Position numbers and translations under genes: made by a program
Assembly (NCBI GenBank): GCA_001872735.1
Contig: MNWT01000007.1
Span: 635-64,634, forward strand
Length of the DNA: 64,000 nucleotides
Direction: 5' to 3'
Source of the DNA: Verrucomicrobia bacterium CG1_02_43_26
Lineage (GTDB): Bacteria > Verrucomicrobiota > Verrucomicrobiia > Opitutales > CG1-02-43-26
Part shown: positions 36,861 to 47,885 of the stretch, piece after piece
Position numbering within the stretch: position 1 is the stretch's first letter
Layout of the letters: every line of letters begins with the position of its first letter
The notes under the pieces: generated by a model
Told to the model about the DNA's origin: nothing
Databases searched by the model: none
The model's input: only the letters and a program-made list of their open reading frames with translations

Positions 36861-38405
36861 CAGCCTAGGCAAGCAGATGCCGATACATAAATAGGCAAAC
36901 CAGTTTCCGTGGCGTGTAAAAACGGATTCACGCCGCCACCAGTCCGGATCGACCGTCACGGTTAGTTTACCAATACCACGAAAATAAATACTGTTTTCTG
37001 AATTAGTGACGACCTCTCGAGTGTTTCCATATTCATCGATCCAGCCACTCCAACCACCGTTACCACAGCGCACGATTGGCCTACGATTCTCCACAGCACG
37101 CAAGGCGGCGTGAGCGGCGTGTTGGTAGGCACCTGAGCCTTCTCCGAACCAAGCATTATTTGTTAAGACCAGGAGCACATCGGATCCAGCTCGAACGCTT
37201 TCACGCGAGAGGTCCGGAAAAACATCTTCATAGCAGACGAGCCCGCCAATGCGCACTATTTTATCACGCACGGGTAATTGTATGGGCTTAATATTATTCC
37301 CCGGAATGATGTCCCACTCTCCGGGTACCACTCGCTCAAGAAACGGTAGAAGAAAACGCAGGGGTACATATTCGCCAAAAGGTACGGGTTTACGCTTTGC
37401 GTAATAATTTTTATCTAATCCCTTTTGGGGTAGGGCAAGAAATATGCCATTATACCAACCCTGGTTCTGGTAATCTGCCAATGCGCCAAACAAGATGGGA
37501 ATATTTATACTATTGCAGAGATATTCAACCCATTTACGCGTGCCTAGCTCGTTATCAAAGATAGCTGTTGGAACGGCGGCTTCTGGCCACAAAATAACAT
37601 CGGGGTGAAGGGTTTGTAACAAGAGGGTTTGCTCCTGAAGAACCATAAAGTTTTCTCGACTGAGCTTAGAATCTTCGTGCGTTGACGGTAGAATATAGGG
37701 TTGAGAAATGCCGGCCGTGAAGAGTAGCTCCTGTTTGCGATGCTTAGGCGTCTGCTTAATCGAGAAAATAATAAGGCCGAGCAGCAAGACCATTGCGAGC
37801 AGAAACTCCGGGGTGGTTCGCAAGTAGCGCGAAATCGGCGTTTGTTCTCGATTGCAAATATTTGCTAAAAAATAAGCAATGCCGAGATTGAAAAATATTA
37901 AAACAAATGACAATCCGTAGCTTCCCGTCCATGAAATAATCTGTAGCAATATAGGGCGTTGCCACTGGCTAACGGCCAAAGCGAGCCAGGGGAATCTTAG
38001 GAGAACTACGCCACGTATCCATTCCAGCACGACCCAAAAAGCCGCGAGCGCAATCATATCATACAATCTGTGGATAAGCCCCTTATTGGCAGATTTGATG
38101 ATCACGAGCCTTGCGACAAGAAACCACGCTGAATAGTAAAGCGCCAGAATAAACGCTAACCCAATCGTCCCCAGCCAAGTAATATTGCTTAACCAAATGA
38201 TATTAAAGAACCAAGCAACCCAACCCGAGATGAGCGTGGCGATTAAATAATGTTTAAAAGAAGGCTTGAAGAATGCCCATAACAGTAAGGGAACCGCAAA
38301 TACGTAGGCGGCCTCGGGAGCATCAAACTGAGCAAAAGCGGCGTAATACAGGATTGCGGAAAGCGCCGCTGCTAGTATTGCCGACCCGTGCTTTTTGACA
38401 AACAT
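36813..38405 (-). CDS. lnt: Apolipoprotein N-acyltransferase
   Basis: Multi-TM N-terminal half, a CN-hydrolase domain with LVCYEDVF (catalytic Cys), and a C-terminal TM segment. The ATG at 38405 shares its A with the secA stop. A GTG at 38408 is an alternative start. Confidence 0.9.
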   Translation of the reverse strand: MFVKKHGSAILAAALSAILYYAAFAQFDAPEAAYVFAVPLLLWAFFKPSFKHYLIATLISGWVAWFFNIIWLSNITWLGTIGLAFILALYYSAWFLVARLVIIKSANKGLIHRLYDMIALAAFWVVLEWIRGVVLLRFPWLALAVSQWQRPILLQIISWTGSYGLSFVLIFFNLGIAYFLANICNREQTPISRYLRTTPEFLLAMVLLLGLIIFSIKQTPKHRKQELLFTAGISQPYILPSTHEDSKLSRENFMVLQEQTLLLQTLHPDVILWPEAAVPTAIFDNELGTRKWVEYLCNSINIPILFGALADYQNQGWYNGIFLALPQKGLDKNYYAKRKPVPFGEYVPLRFLLPFLERVVPGEWDIIPGNNIKPIQLPVRDKIVRIGGLVCYEDVFPDLSRESVRAGSDVLLVLTNNAWFGEGSGAYQHAAHAALRAVENRRPIVRCGNGGWSGWIDEYGNTREVVTNSENSIYFRGIGKLTVTVDPDWWRRESVFTRHGNWFAYLCIGICLPRLLALAFLLFPRQNHIY

Positions 38406-41317
38406 CACTTACCGCAGCATTTCTTATATTTCTTTCCGCTACCACAGGGGCAAGGATCATTTCTGCCGATTCTAGGTTCTTCTCTTTGAATGGTTACTTG
38501 TGGCAATTTTTGCTGACTGCTGGCTTGTGCAGGCGCAGGATTGCTTGGCCCACTAGCGTTTACCCGAGAGGATAACCTTGAAAGCATGTGCTGGAAGTTC
38601 TCTAAATTCGTTGCCGAACGGAAGAGACCCGTGCAGATACTACCGCGAATATTAGCAATCATCTCTTGGAAGAACGCATAGGCATCATTCTTGTATTCAT
38701 TAAGTGGATCTTTTTGACCATAGCCGCGAAGCCCTACGCTTCGGCGAAGCTCGTCCATTTCGGTCAAATGGTTTTGCCAGTGATCATCGATTGCGTGAAT
38801 AATAACATAACGTTCCAGTTTTGTTAATTCAGCGGCAGATTCAATTTGCTCCTTTTCTTTGTAAGCTTCTTTGATGCGACTTACAATAAATTGAAGAATG
38901 CTTTTAGAGTCCTGCGCCTTATATTCCTCCTCTGTTAAAGATATAGGGAATTGCATATTGAGCCAGCGCACAAAGTTACTGATCTCTATGTTTTCTTCGC
39001 TCCTATTTTCCTCAACTCTCTCCAAGCGGTTTGCCAGTTCTTCTTCGAGCATTTCGTGAATGATGTCACGTGGACACTCACTATGAATGGCATCATTTCG
39101 GATGCCGTAGATCACCTCTCTTTGTTTATTAAGGACATCATCGTACTGCAGGAGGCGTTTACGAATAGAATAGTTTTGCTGCTCTACTTTCTTTTGAGCG
39201 GATTCGATAGAACGATTTAATAAAGGGTGCTGTAGTTCTTCGCCTTCAGAAAAAGATCTTTCTAGAATGCGAGAGATAGGGCCTGCGTTGGCAAACAGAC
39301 GCATTAAGTTATCTTCTAAAGAAATGTAGAAGCGAGATTGACCTGGGTCCCCTTGACGCGAGCAACGGCCGCGCAGCTGTCTGTCAATACGGCGCGATTC
39401 ATGGCGTTCTGTACCTAATACAAATAAACCACCCAATTCCGGTACACCCTCACCTAGCTTAATGTCTGTACCACGGCCTGCCATATTCGTCGCGATCGTG
39501 ACAGCGCCCTTAAGGCCTGCACGAGAAACGATTTCAGCTTCCTGTTCATGGTATTTTGCATTCAAGATGCTGTGGGGAATGTTTACCCGCTTCAGTAATT
39601 TGCCTAAAACTTCTGACGCTTCAACGGAGGTGGTGCCCACTAGGATGGGTTGGCCACGACGGTGCGCGTCTTCAATGTCTTTTACAACAGCGTTAAATTT
39701 TTCACGCCTTGTTTTGTAAATGATGTCATTGAAGTCCTTACGAATACAAGGCCTATGCGTAGGAATAGAGACAACGGAAAGCCTGTAGATATCGAAAAAT
39801 TCGTGCGCCTCTGTTTCCGCGGTACCCGTCATACCGGATAATTTTTCATACAAACGGAAGTAGTTTTGGATCGTGATAGTTGCGTAGGTTTTCGACTCAC
39901 GTTCAACCGCCACACCCTCTTTTGCCTCAACAGCTTGGTGAAGACCATCGCTCCAACGCCTTCCTGCCATGGCACGACCGGTGTTTGGATCAATAATAAC
40001 GATCTTACCCTCTTGGATAACGTATTCTACATCCCTCTCATACAAACAATAAGCCCGTAAGAGTTGGCTGATGCAGTGGATTTCTTCGCTTGCATGGCTG
40101 AAGTGTTGCTCTGCGGCTTGCTTTTGCTTGATTTTATCTTCATCTGGGAGCGATTTATTTTTGTCAATATCGCTAAAGATGGTTGGTAAATCAGGAAGGA
40201 CGAACGCATCCGGGTTATTCGGGCGAATGGTATCGCGACCCTTTTGAGTCAAGTCTGCCTGCTGTTGGCGCTCATCAATGGTGAAGTACAGTTCCTCCTT
40301 TATCTCGAACATTTTTGTTCGGTTAAAGTCGCTGCCCATCTCGAGCTCAAATTTCTCAAACTGCTTGCGCGTTGGGCCATCCTCCATCAAGCGCATCAAG
40401 TTTTTATTTTTAGGCGTGCCCAGTTTAACCTGAAGGAGTTTGGTAACGGCTTCTTCTCGGTTACCATCCGGTTTTTCAAATTCTGCCTTAGCTTCTTGTG
40501 ATAAACGGTTACACAGCTTTACTTGTAATTGAACCAAGTGATCCACATCTGATTTCAGTTGGAGAAAAGGAGCCTCACGCGTTTCTTGAGAAGGACCGGA
40601 AATGATTAAAGGCGTTCTGGCTTCATCGATCAAGACGGAGTCCACTTCATCCACAATACAATAATAATGATCCCGCTGCACCTGATCCTCCTTACGAGTC
40701 GCCATACCATTGTCGCGTAAGTAGTCGAATCCGAATTCAGAAGCTGTACCGTAAGTGATGTCTTGGTTATAGGCATCTCTACGTGCGGCAGGGTCCATGT
40801 TGTTTTGAATATAGCCAACAGTGATTCCCAAAAAATTAAATAAGTAGCTATTCCACTCTGCGTCTCTTCGTACCAAGTAGTCGTTTACCGTTACCAATTG
40901 GCAATTTCTGCCCGTTAGGGCGTTTAGGTAAAGGGGTAGGGTAGCCACAAGCGTTTTACCTTCACCGGTTGCCATTTCCGCAATCTTGTTTTGGTGGAGT
41001 GCAATACCACCGATGAGCTGTACATCGTAATGGACCATACCCCACGTGAGCTCGTGGTCACACACATTAATTTTTTTACCCATAAGGCGACCTGCGGCGT
41101 TTTTGACCACGGCAAATGCTTCGGGAAGGAGTTGATCCACGGTTTCGCCCTTTTCCAAGCGCTCCTTAAATTCTTGTGTTTTGGCCTTGAGTTGGTCGTC
41201 TGTAAGGCTCTGGTAGCTTTCTTCGAAACGGTTAATCGTTTCAACGATCGGCTTACATTGTTTGATGAACTTGCGGTAATGTCTACCGGAAAAAGCTTTG
41301 AGTAATTTGGCCAGCAT
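38405..41317 (-). CDS. secA: Preprotein translocase ATPase SecA
   Basis: [14 protein letters not shown] Walker [33 protein letters not shown] and the C-terminal zinc finger [14 protein letters not shown]. Confidence 0.97.
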   Translation of the reverse strand: MLAKLLKAFSGRHYRKFIKQCKPIVETINRFEESYQSLTDDQLKAKTQEFKERLEKGETVDQLLPEAFAVVKNAAGRLMGKKINVCDHELTWGMVHYDVQLIGGIALHQNKIAEMATGEGKTLVATLPLYLNALTGRNCQLVTVNDYLVRRDAEWNSYLFNFLGITVGYIQNNMDPAARRDAYNQDITYGTASEFGFDYLRDNGMATRKEDQVQRDHYYCIVDEVDSVLIDEARTPLIISGPSQETREAPFLQLKSDVDHLVQLQVKLCNRLSQEAKAEFEKPDGNREEAVTKLLQVKLGTPKNKNLMRLMEDGPTRKQFEKFELEMGSDFNRTKMFEIKEELYFTIDERQQQADLTQKGRDTIRPNNPDAFVLPDLPTIFSDIDKNKSLPDEDKIKQKQAAEQHFSHASEEIHCISQLLRAYCLYERDVEYVIQEGKIVIIDPNTGRAMAGRRWSDGLHQAVEAKEGVAVERESKTYATITIQNYFRLYEKLSGMTGTAETEAHEFFDIYRLSVVSIPTHRPCIRKDFNDIIYKTRREKFNAVVKDIEDAHRRGQPILVGTTSVEASEVLGKLLKRVNIPHSILNAKYHEQEAEIVSRAGLKGAVTIATNMAGRGTDIKLGEGVPELGGLFVLGTERHESRRIDRQLRGRCSRQGDPGQSRFYISLEDNLMRLFANAGPISRILERSFSEGEELQHPLLNRSIESAQKKVEQQNYSIRKRLLQYDDVLNKQREVIYGIRNDAIHSECPRDIIHEMLEEELANRLERVEENRSEENIEISNFVRWLNMQFPISLTEEEYKAQDSKSILQFIVSRIKEAYKEKEQIESAAELTKLERYVIIHAIDDHWQNHLTEMDELRRSVGLRGYGQKDPLNEYKNDAYAFFQEMIANIRGSICTGLFRSATNLENFQHMLSRLSSRVNASGPSNPAPAQASSQQKLPQVTIQREEPRIGRNDPCPCGSGKKYKKCCGK

Positions 41318-41403
41318 AGTGTGTTACGTAAATAATGATCGCTTTTATAGTGTATAAAAAGAGAGCCTTTGACAAATAGAAACCATCATTTTAATCGATA
41401 TTA

Positions 41404-41440
41404 ACAAAAAAAGACGCTTTTCGGAAAATAGAAAAGCGTC
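41404..41440 (-). terminator. Rho-independent terminator after the chaperone-like gene
   Basis: 11-bp perfect stem (41411-41421 / 41430-41440). On the minus strand it is followed by T7 (41404-41410). Confidence 0.8.
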
Positions 41441-41470
41441 TTTGGGTTAAAAGGAGTGTGAGTAAGAGAT

Positions 41471-41962
41471 TTACGCGCGAATACCAGGGCCAGACATCGG
41501 CTCATCGCTGCTACTTCCCTTGCTGGATTTCTCTTCCAGCATTTCAGGGGATTTTTGTACAGCATCTAGCGTATTAATCCATAATTCTGCTGTGTTAACA
41601 AATCCTTCCAATAAGTCTTGGAATTTTTGGAAATCCATATTGCTTATGACGATTTGATACGCCATGAGAACTTCACCGTTATCATCGACACCCAAAGTGG
41701 CACCACCTGTTCCTTGCCAGAAAAGATTAGCCTTTAAGATGCGAGGATAGATGGCTTCGCGATGATGATCATCGATTTTGCCGACCTGGGCAAAAAGCAT
41801 AAGTATTTCATTCTCAATATTATATTGTAAATGGAGTACGATTTTATCATCAAAGCCTAAGCAGCAGTAATTGTCTTCGTCTGGGGCAAGTTCTGGTAGA
41901 CCAACAGTTTGGCCTAATTCACTCAGGAGTTGTTTGTAGTTTTCTAGTGTTACGTGTGACAT
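41471..41962 (-). CDS. Small acidic protein resembling class I type III secretion chaperones (CesT/SycE-like); a YbjN-like fold is the alternative
   Basis: 163 aa. The pattern '..LGQTVGLPELAPDEDNYCCLGFDDKIVLHLQY...EILMLFAQVG.I......IYPRILKANLF......ATLGVDDNGEVLMAYQI.ISNMDFQKFQDLLEGFVNTAELW' matches the chaperone architecture by eye. Acidic C-terminal tail. Confidence 0.55.
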   Translation of the reverse strand: MSHVTLENYKQLLSELGQTVGLPELAPDEDNYCCLGFDDKIVLHLQYNIENEILMLFAQVGKIDDHHREAIYPRILKANLFWQGTGGATLGVDDNGEVLMAYQIVISNMDFQKFQDLLEGFVNTAELWINTLDAVQKSPEMLEEKSSKGSSSDEPMSGPGIRA

Positions 41963-42040
41963 AGTAGATTTCTCTAATTGCAGTTAAATAAATATATTTG
42001 CGTTTACCCTTAAGATACGTGGGTTTATTTAAAAGTCAAG

Positions 42041-43396
42041 TTACAGTGGCATATTTGCAAATGGATTACTGCTACCGCCCATGGATGCCGCCATCTTTTT
42101 TTGCAATTTTAAGCCTTTGGAACCCTTCATAGACTTCATCATTTTTTTCATCATAAGGAACTGCTTTAAGAACTGGTTTAAGTCTTTGACTTCAAGCCCA
42201 GCACCCTTGGCAATACGCATACGGCGGCTGCCGTTGATGATTTTAGGATTCTGACGTTCCTGTAGGGTCATGGACTGGATCAAAGCCTCCATGTGCTTGA
42301 TCTGGTTCTCTTCTTTAGTCCCCAAATTCATTTTGCCCATGCCTGGAAGCATAGAAGCAACAGAAGCGATTGAGCCCATTTTTTTAAATTGTTTTAGCTG
42401 GGACAACATGTCATCCAAATCAAATTCTGCTTTTTTGATTTTTTTGGCTAATTTTTCCGCTTCTTCTTCGCTATAATTCTCCTGTGCTTTTTCAACTAAA
42501 GAGACAACGTCACCCATGCCCAGGATACGTTGAGCCATCCGTTCTGGATAAAAAATATCAAAATCCGTGAGTTTTTCACCGATTCCCATAAATTTAATAG
42601 GTACATCGGCAATCGATTTCATGGACAAGGCTGCACCACCTCGGGCATCACCGTCTAATTTGGTTAAGACGATGCCCGTAACGTTTACGGCATCATGAAA
42701 ATGTTTAGCGACATTTACCGCTTCTTGGCCTAAAGCGGAGTCTGCAACCAGCAATGTTTCTTCTGGCTCAACTTTTTTGGAAAGTTCTTGGATCTCCTTG
42801 ATTAAATTTTCATCGATCTGTAGACGACCCGCGGTGTCAAAAATGATAGCATCGCAGCCTGCTTCATTTGCCCATTCCAGGCCTTTTTTACCGATTTTAG
42901 GGACGTCCTTGCTATCACGATCTGTGTAAACGAGGATATCTTCCTGTTTAGCCAGCAATTCTAATTGATCGATAGCAGCAGGACGATAAACGTCACAGGC
43001 TATCAATGCGGGCTTATAGCCTTTTTTCTTTAAGGAAAGGGCTAGTTTTACGGTAGTAGTGGTTTTACCGGAACCGTGGAGACCCACCATCATGATCTTC
43101 AGCGGACGCTTGTCGGAAAGATCTGTTTTACCCGCGCCTAATATTTTGACCAATTCATCATGGATGATTTTGATGATCAATTGCCCCGGGCTGATCGATT
43201 TTAAAACATCCTGGCCCAGAGAGGCTACTTTAACACGCTCGATAAACTCTTTGGCGACCTTGAAGTGCACATCAGCGGAAAGGAGCGCGGAACGTACTTC
43301 CTTCAACGCATCTTCAATATTATTTTCTGTCAGTTTGCTGATACCGCGCAAAGTGCGCAAAGCATCGGACATACGATCTGTAAGGGACTCAAACAT
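42041..43396 (-). CDS. ffh: Signal recognition particle protein
   Basis: [26 protein letters not shown] and a Met-rich M domain. Confidence 0.97.
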   Translation of the reverse strand: MFESLTDRMSDALRTLRGISKLTENNIEDALKEVRSALLSADVHFKVAKEFIERVKVASLGQDVLKSISPGQLIIKIIHDELVKILGAGKTDLSDKRPLKIMMVGLHGSGKTTTTVKLALSLKKKGYKPALIACDVYRPAAIDQLELLAKQEDILVYTDRDSKDVPKIGKKGLEWANEAGCDAIIFDTAGRLQIDENLIKEIQELSKKVEPEETLLVADSALGQEAVNVAKHFHDAVNVTGIVLTKLDGDARGGAALSMKSIADVPIKFMGIGEKLTDFDIFYPERMAQRILGMGDVVSLVEKAQENYSEEEAEKLAKKIKKAEFDLDDMLSQLKQFKKMGSIASVASMLPGMGKMNLGTKEENQIKHMEALIQSMTLQERQNPKIINGSRRMRIAKGAGLEVKDLNQFLKQFLMMKKMMKSMKGSKGLKLQKKMAASMGGSSNPFANMPL

Positions 43397-43430
43397 AAGC
43401 GGTTTCTATTATCCCCGAATTGAATTCCCA

Positions 43431-43925
43431 TTACAAGGGCAAATTTTTTAGTGAAGAAGCTGGAGTAAGATCTTGTTTTTGTAAACGATCGCGTAATCGT
43501 TTAACTTTTTCCAAATAGGCGTAATAATCATTATTACCAAACCAGGAATAAACATAAGCAGGCACGAACGTTAATAAGAGAATTTTATCATAAAGCATGA
43601 GGGTTTCTTCTTTTAAACCAGCAAGCTTCCTTGAATCGCCTTCAAAAGATTGAGCATTCCAATAAGTGTCTTTAAAAAACTCAACGTGCATCTTTGCATT
43701 TGACCACTTTACTTTTAAAAGCGCGATTTCTATGGGAATATCGATCCCAAACCAAGGATTGACCCGAACATCTTTAGCGAGTTCTTGTAACTCATCGATG
43801 ACACCCTGGCTAATTACTATTTGATGCTCTAATTCTTTCTTAAATTGAGCTTCAAGGATTGTTGCAGGGATTAAGAATAATAGTGAGAGGGTAATTTTTT
43901 GTAAGAAATGTCTTTTCAAATTCAT
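43431..43925 (-). CDS. Hypothetical secreted protein, 164 aa
   Basis: Signal-peptide-like N-terminus (MNLKRHFLQKITLSLLFLIPATILEA/Q). No recognised family. Confidence 0.55.
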   Translation of the reverse strand: MNLKRHFLQKITLSLLFLIPATILEAQFKKELEHQIVISQGVIDELQELAKDVRVNPWFGIDIPIEIALLKVKWSNAKMHVEFFKDTYWNAQSFEGDSRKLAGLKEETLMLYDKILLLTFVPAYVYSWFGNNDYYAYLEKVKRLRDRLQKQDLTPASSLKNLPL

Positions 43926-43942
43926 GGATGAAAAGAACCAGC

Positions 43943-44416
43943 TTACTCTTTCGGCTTTTTTTTGATCGAAGCGCGCGTATTGCTACTCTTTTTTGGCCTC
44001 TTTATCGCCGCAGCTTTAGTTTTGCTTTTGTTGGAAGGCTCAAAGGGCTTTACGAATGCTTCACTAAAGTCATAGCCGTCGGTGAAATCGTGTATATTAT
44101 CATCTTTTGTTTTGCCGAAAATGCCGGTTTCTACGAGATTAAAGACAATGCTGCCAAAGTCTTCGCAGTTATTCACCTTCCAGTCTGTAAAGACAGTATA
44201 GGTCATCGGGCCAAATTGATCTAATGCGTATTTGCGAATACCCTCCAAAAGCTCTTTGCCCGTGACGTGAAAATTCTCCCGCTTTTTACCCTGGTCGTGC
44301 AGTTCCTGTACGGTGAAATCCAGAGCCTTGCGGATAAAGTAATAGGCACCCTTATCAAAACGGTCGTCCTTTTCGATAATTGTCTCTATTACTTTGTCAA
44401 ATTCGGAGTGTTTCAT
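43943..44416 (-). CDS. Conserved hypothetical protein with a lysine-rich C-terminal tail
   Basis: 157 aa. The globular part (..HVTGKELLEGIRKYALDQFGPMTYTVFTDWKV..EDFGSIVFNLVETGIFGKT..) resembles, from memory only, a family conserved in Planctomycetes/Verrucomicrobia ('Minf_1886-like'). The tail is KSKTKAAAIKRPKKSSNTRASIKKKPKE. Confidence 0.6.
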   Translation of the reverse strand: MKHSEFDKVIETIIEKDDRFDKGAYYFIRKALDFTVQELHDQGKKRENFHVTGKELLEGIRKYALDQFGPMTYTVFTDWKVNNCEDFGSIVFNLVETGIFGKTKDDNIHDFTDGYDFSEAFVKPFEPSNKSKTKAAAIKRPKKSSNTRASIKKKPKE

Positions 44417-44419
44417 GAT

Positions 44420-45874
44420 TTATTGAAGCAATTTACGCAAGATATCATCAATCATTTTAGGGTTTGCTTTTCCTTTTGTAACCTTCATGACGTGGCCTTT
44501 CAAGGCATTAATCGCGGTGTCCTTACCGGATCTGAATTCCTCAACGGCTTTAGTATTACCCGCAATTGCTTCACCACAGATACGTTCCAGTTCTCCGGTA
44601 TCAGAGGTTTGTTCAAGACCCTTTTCCTTAACAATGATGCTGGCAGCCTTGCCCGTTTGGTACATTTCGACAAACACTTCCTGGGCAGTTTGCTTAGAGA
44701 TAATGCCGTCATCCACCAACTTAATTAAACCTGCAATCGCGTCCGGTGTGATTTTGCATTGTGTCACGGAAATTGTCTGTTGGCCTTCTATGGAAGAAAG
44801 CTCGCGCAGTAAATCGTTTGCAATGATGTTTCCGATGGCTTTTGGGTTGTTATGCTTTTCAATAGCCTTTTCGTAAAAATGGCATAATTCTTGAATAGGA
44901 CAAAGAACAGATGTAATCGTGTAAGGAAGATCATATTGCTCCATAAAACGCCGTTGCTTGTCAAAGGGAAGTTCCGGGAGGGTGGATTGTATCGTTTCCT
45001 TCATTTCAGAGGAAATTTTAACCGGCATAAGATCAGGATCAGGGAAATAACGATAATCATGAGCCTGCTCCTTGCCACGCATAGAGCTTGTGTAACCCTC
45101 CTCTGCGTTCCAACGGCGGGTTTCTTGAATGATCTTTTCACCCGTCTTGATAGCTTGTATTTGGCGCTGTATTTCGTAGATAACGCCATTGCGTACACCG
45201 GAAATAGAATTGAGGTTCTTAATTTCTACCTTGGTGCCCAATGTGGTGGAACCAACGGGGCGTACGCTTACATTAGCATCGCAACGCATTTGACCCTTTT
45301 CCATATCACAATCCGCAACGCCCGCGTAGAGCATGCAGTTACGTAAGGCGGTTAGAAAAGCAAAGACTTCTTCTGCGGAACTCATGTCTGGCTCGGTGAC
45401 GATTTCGATCAACGGTGCGCCCGCACGGTTGTAATCCACTAAACTATGGCCGTCCATGTGGGAAAGCTTACCAACATCTTCTTCTAAGTGAATGCGCGTC
45501 AGCTGCACATGGCGATGGACTCCCATGATGTTTCTAGAAGAACCCGGAAGCTCAATCTCAACACTACCTCCAAGACAGACCGGTTGGTCAAATTGGGAGA
45601 GCTGGTAGCCCTTAGGAGAGTCCGGGTAAAAATAGTTTTTACGATCCCATTTACAGATGTCTGCAATTTTACTGCCAAACATAAGGCCGACTTTAATCGT
45701 CTTGCGGATGGCCTCAGCGTTCAGAACGGGAAGCGTGCCGGGTAGGGCAAGGACAACGCCGTTTGTGAGGGTGTTGGGAGCTTCTCCATATTTGTAAGGA
45801 GCCCGGGTAAACATCTTGGACTTCGTTTTTAGTTGGACGTGGACTTCCAGTCCTATGACAGCTTCATATTCCAT
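44420..45874 (-). CDS. gatB: Asp/Glu-tRNA amidotransferase subunit B
   Basis: MEYEAVIGLEVHVQLKT.., ..DYNRAGAPLIEIVTEPD.., and a C-terminal GatB/YqeY domain. Confidence 0.97.
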   Translation of the reverse strand: MEYEAVIGLEVHVQLKTKSKMFTRAPYKYGEAPNTLTNGVVLALPGTLPVLNAEAIRKTIKVGLMFGSKIADICKWDRKNYFYPDSPKGYQLSQFDQPVCLGGSVEIELPGSSRNIMGVHRHVQLTRIHLEEDVGKLSHMDGHSLVDYNRAGAPLIEIVTEPDMSSAEEVFAFLTALRNCMLYAGVADCDMEKGQMRCDANVSVRPVGSTTLGTKVEIKNLNSISGVRNGVIYEIQRQIQAIKTGEKIIQETRRWNAEEGYTSSMRGKEQAHDYRYFPDPDLMPVKISSEMKETIQSTLPELPFDKQRRFMEQYDLPYTITSVLCPIQELCHFYEKAIEKHNNPKAIGNIIANDLLRELSSIEGQQTISVTQCKITPDAIAGLIKLVDDGIISKQTAQEVFVEMYQTGKAASIIVKEKGLEQTSDTGELERICGEAIAGNTKAVEEFRSGKDTAINALKGHVMKVTKGKANPKMIDDILRKLLQ

Positions 45875-45898
45875 GGCTAGAAAACGCGATAAGCGAAT

Positions 45899-47374
45899 TT
45901 ATAATGTTGGGTGCAGGTTAACGTAATCATGCGCTTGTTCAAAGAAACGCGCGATCGATAACAGCTCTGATTCTTTATAAGGTTGGCCGATAATTTGCAA
46001 ACCAATAGGGAAATTATTCTTTGTTTGACCACATGGGAGAGAGATTCCTGGTAGCCCCGCAAGGTTTAAGGAAACCGTATAAACGTCTTCCAAATACAAC
46101 TTTAAGGGGTCACTTGTCTTTTCGCCTTTTTTGCAGGCAGGCTCGGGTGTGGTGGGTGTTAATAAAGCGTCTACTTTTTCAAATGCCTTTAGGAAGTCTT
46201 GCCGGATCAACGACCTTACCTTTTGCGCTCTTAAATAATAAGCATCATAATAACCGCTGCTTAAAACATAGGTGCCTAAAATAATACGACGTTTGACCTC
46301 AGAGCCAAACCCTTCACCACGGCTTTTCTTGAAGATATCAACCGCATTCGTAGCTGCTTTACTTCTGGTCGTGTAGCGGATGCCATCATAGCGAGCCAGG
46401 TTTGAAGAAGCTTCAGCAGGGGCGAGTATATAATAAACCGGAATCGCCAGCTCCATATGCGGCAGAGACACTTCCTCAATACGGCATCCTTGCGATTCAT
46501 AAAATTTAATGGCTTTTTCTACCGCAGTCTTAATTTCCGGGTTAAGACCCTCGCCGAAATATTCACGGGGAACACCAAGAGTCCAAGGCCCTTTGGAATC
46601 GCGAGCGACCTTTGGGTAATCGGGAATATCTACCTTAAAGCTCGTGGAGTCACGTTTGTCATGGCTGGCAATAGTCTGTAGGAGTAAAGCGACATCATCT
46701 ACACAACGTCCGAAGCCGCCGATTTGATCTAGTGAAGAAGCAAATGCCGCCAAACCGTAGCGACTAACGAGACCGTAAGTTGGCTTCAATCCAACGATAC
46801 CGCAATGGGCAGCGGGTTGACGGATAGAACCCCCTGTATCACTTCCTAAAGCAATCATTGTTTGGCCTGCTGCAACTGCGGCAGCACTGCCACCACTACT
46901 GCCGCCCGGGACGTATTCGATACCCCAGGGGTTAGATGTAGTCTGAAAACCGGAGTTTTCCGTGGTGGAACCCATAGCAAACTCGTCTAAATTCGTTTGT
47001 CCCCATAAAACACTACCAGCAGCCTTTAGCTTTTCAGTAACATGGGCATCGTAAGGCGAAATATAATCCTTTAAGATTTGGCTAGCACAGGTCATAGGGC
47101 AGCCTTCACGCGCCATATTGTCCTTTAATGAAACAGGAATACCGTCCAATGGCCCCATGGTCTTTCCATCCTTGCGACGTTTGTCCGAAAGTTCTGCGTA
47201 GATGAGGGCATCATCTTTATCGTAGCTGATAAAGGACTTTAAATCGTTTTCGGTAGACTCTGTACGTGCAATAACGGCTTTGGTTAATTCGACAGACGAG
47301 ATCTCTTTTTTGTTCAGCAGATGAACGACTTCGGAGACAGTCTTGTAATGGAGTTCGTTTGAGAGAGTTTCCAT
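45899..47374 (-). CDS. gatA: Asp/Glu-tRNA amidotransferase subunit A
   Basis: Amidase signature GGSSGGSAAAVAAG and ..GSDTGGSIRQPA.. Confidence 0.97.
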   Translation of the reverse strand: METLSNELHYKTVSEVVHLLNKKEISSVELTKAVIARTESTENDLKSFISYDKDDALIYAELSDKRRKDGKTMGPLDGIPVSLKDNMAREGCPMTCASQILKDYISPYDAHVTEKLKAAGSVLWGQTNLDEFAMGSTTENSGFQTTSNPWGIEYVPGGSSGGSAAAVAAGQTMIALGSDTGGSIRQPAAHCGIVGLKPTYGLVSRYGLAAFASSLDQIGGFGRCVDDVALLLQTIASHDKRDSTSFKVDIPDYPKVARDSKGPWTLGVPREYFGEGLNPEIKTAVEKAIKFYESQGCRIEEVSLPHMELAIPVYYILAPAEASSNLARYDGIRYTTRSKAATNAVDIFKKSRGEGFGSEVKRRIILGTYVLSSGYYDAYYLRAQKVRSLIRQDFLKAFEKVDALLTPTTPEPACKKGEKTSDPLKLYLEDVYTVSLNLAGLPGISLPCGQTKNNFPIGLQIIGQPYKESELLSIARFFEQAHDYVNLHPTL

Positions 47375-47407
47375 AGTTATAAATAGATGTAAAAATTAAA
47401 AGGATGA

Positions 47408-47707
47408 CTATTCGACTACCTTAGGGACAACAATCTGGTGGTGGCTTTTTTGCGGCGCGTTCATCAAAGCTTGCTCAACAGTATACGGCACAGTTGTATG
47501 ATCTTCATCCCAAACATTGTATACCGGAAAGGTATGGGCCATGGGCTCGACACCGGTAACATCTACAGCATTAATTTTATCGAAGAAACCTAATATTTTC
47601 TCAAGCCGGAACCGTAAATTATCCTTTTCCTCATCGGTCAGCGATATACGCGCCAGTTCTGCTAAATAATCAATATTAATTTCTTCTGCTTTTTCTGCCA
47701 TAGCCAA
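47408..47707 (-). CDS. gatC: Asp/Glu-tRNA amidotransferase subunit C
   Basis: 99 aa with ..LAELARISLTDEE.. It lies upstream of gatA-gatB in the same orientation. Confidence 0.9.
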   Translation of the reverse strand: MAMAEKAEEINIDYLAELARISLTDEEKDNLRFRLEKILGFFDKINAVDVTGVEPMAHTFPVYNVWDEDHTTVPYTVEQALMNAPQKSHHQIVVPKVVE

Positions 47708-47885
47708 TCTTCTGTTAATGATTAGTAATTACCCTGAATCATATGCAGAGAGAACAGAAAGTCAATGCCATGTTGCGATGGCTTGTTTGGGGTAGCTAGA
47801 AGTACAGTTGATGAAAAACGAAAAAGGAGGAACCGGTATAAATACCAAATACCCCCTTTGATTTACGAAATTTATTTGATTTTTA

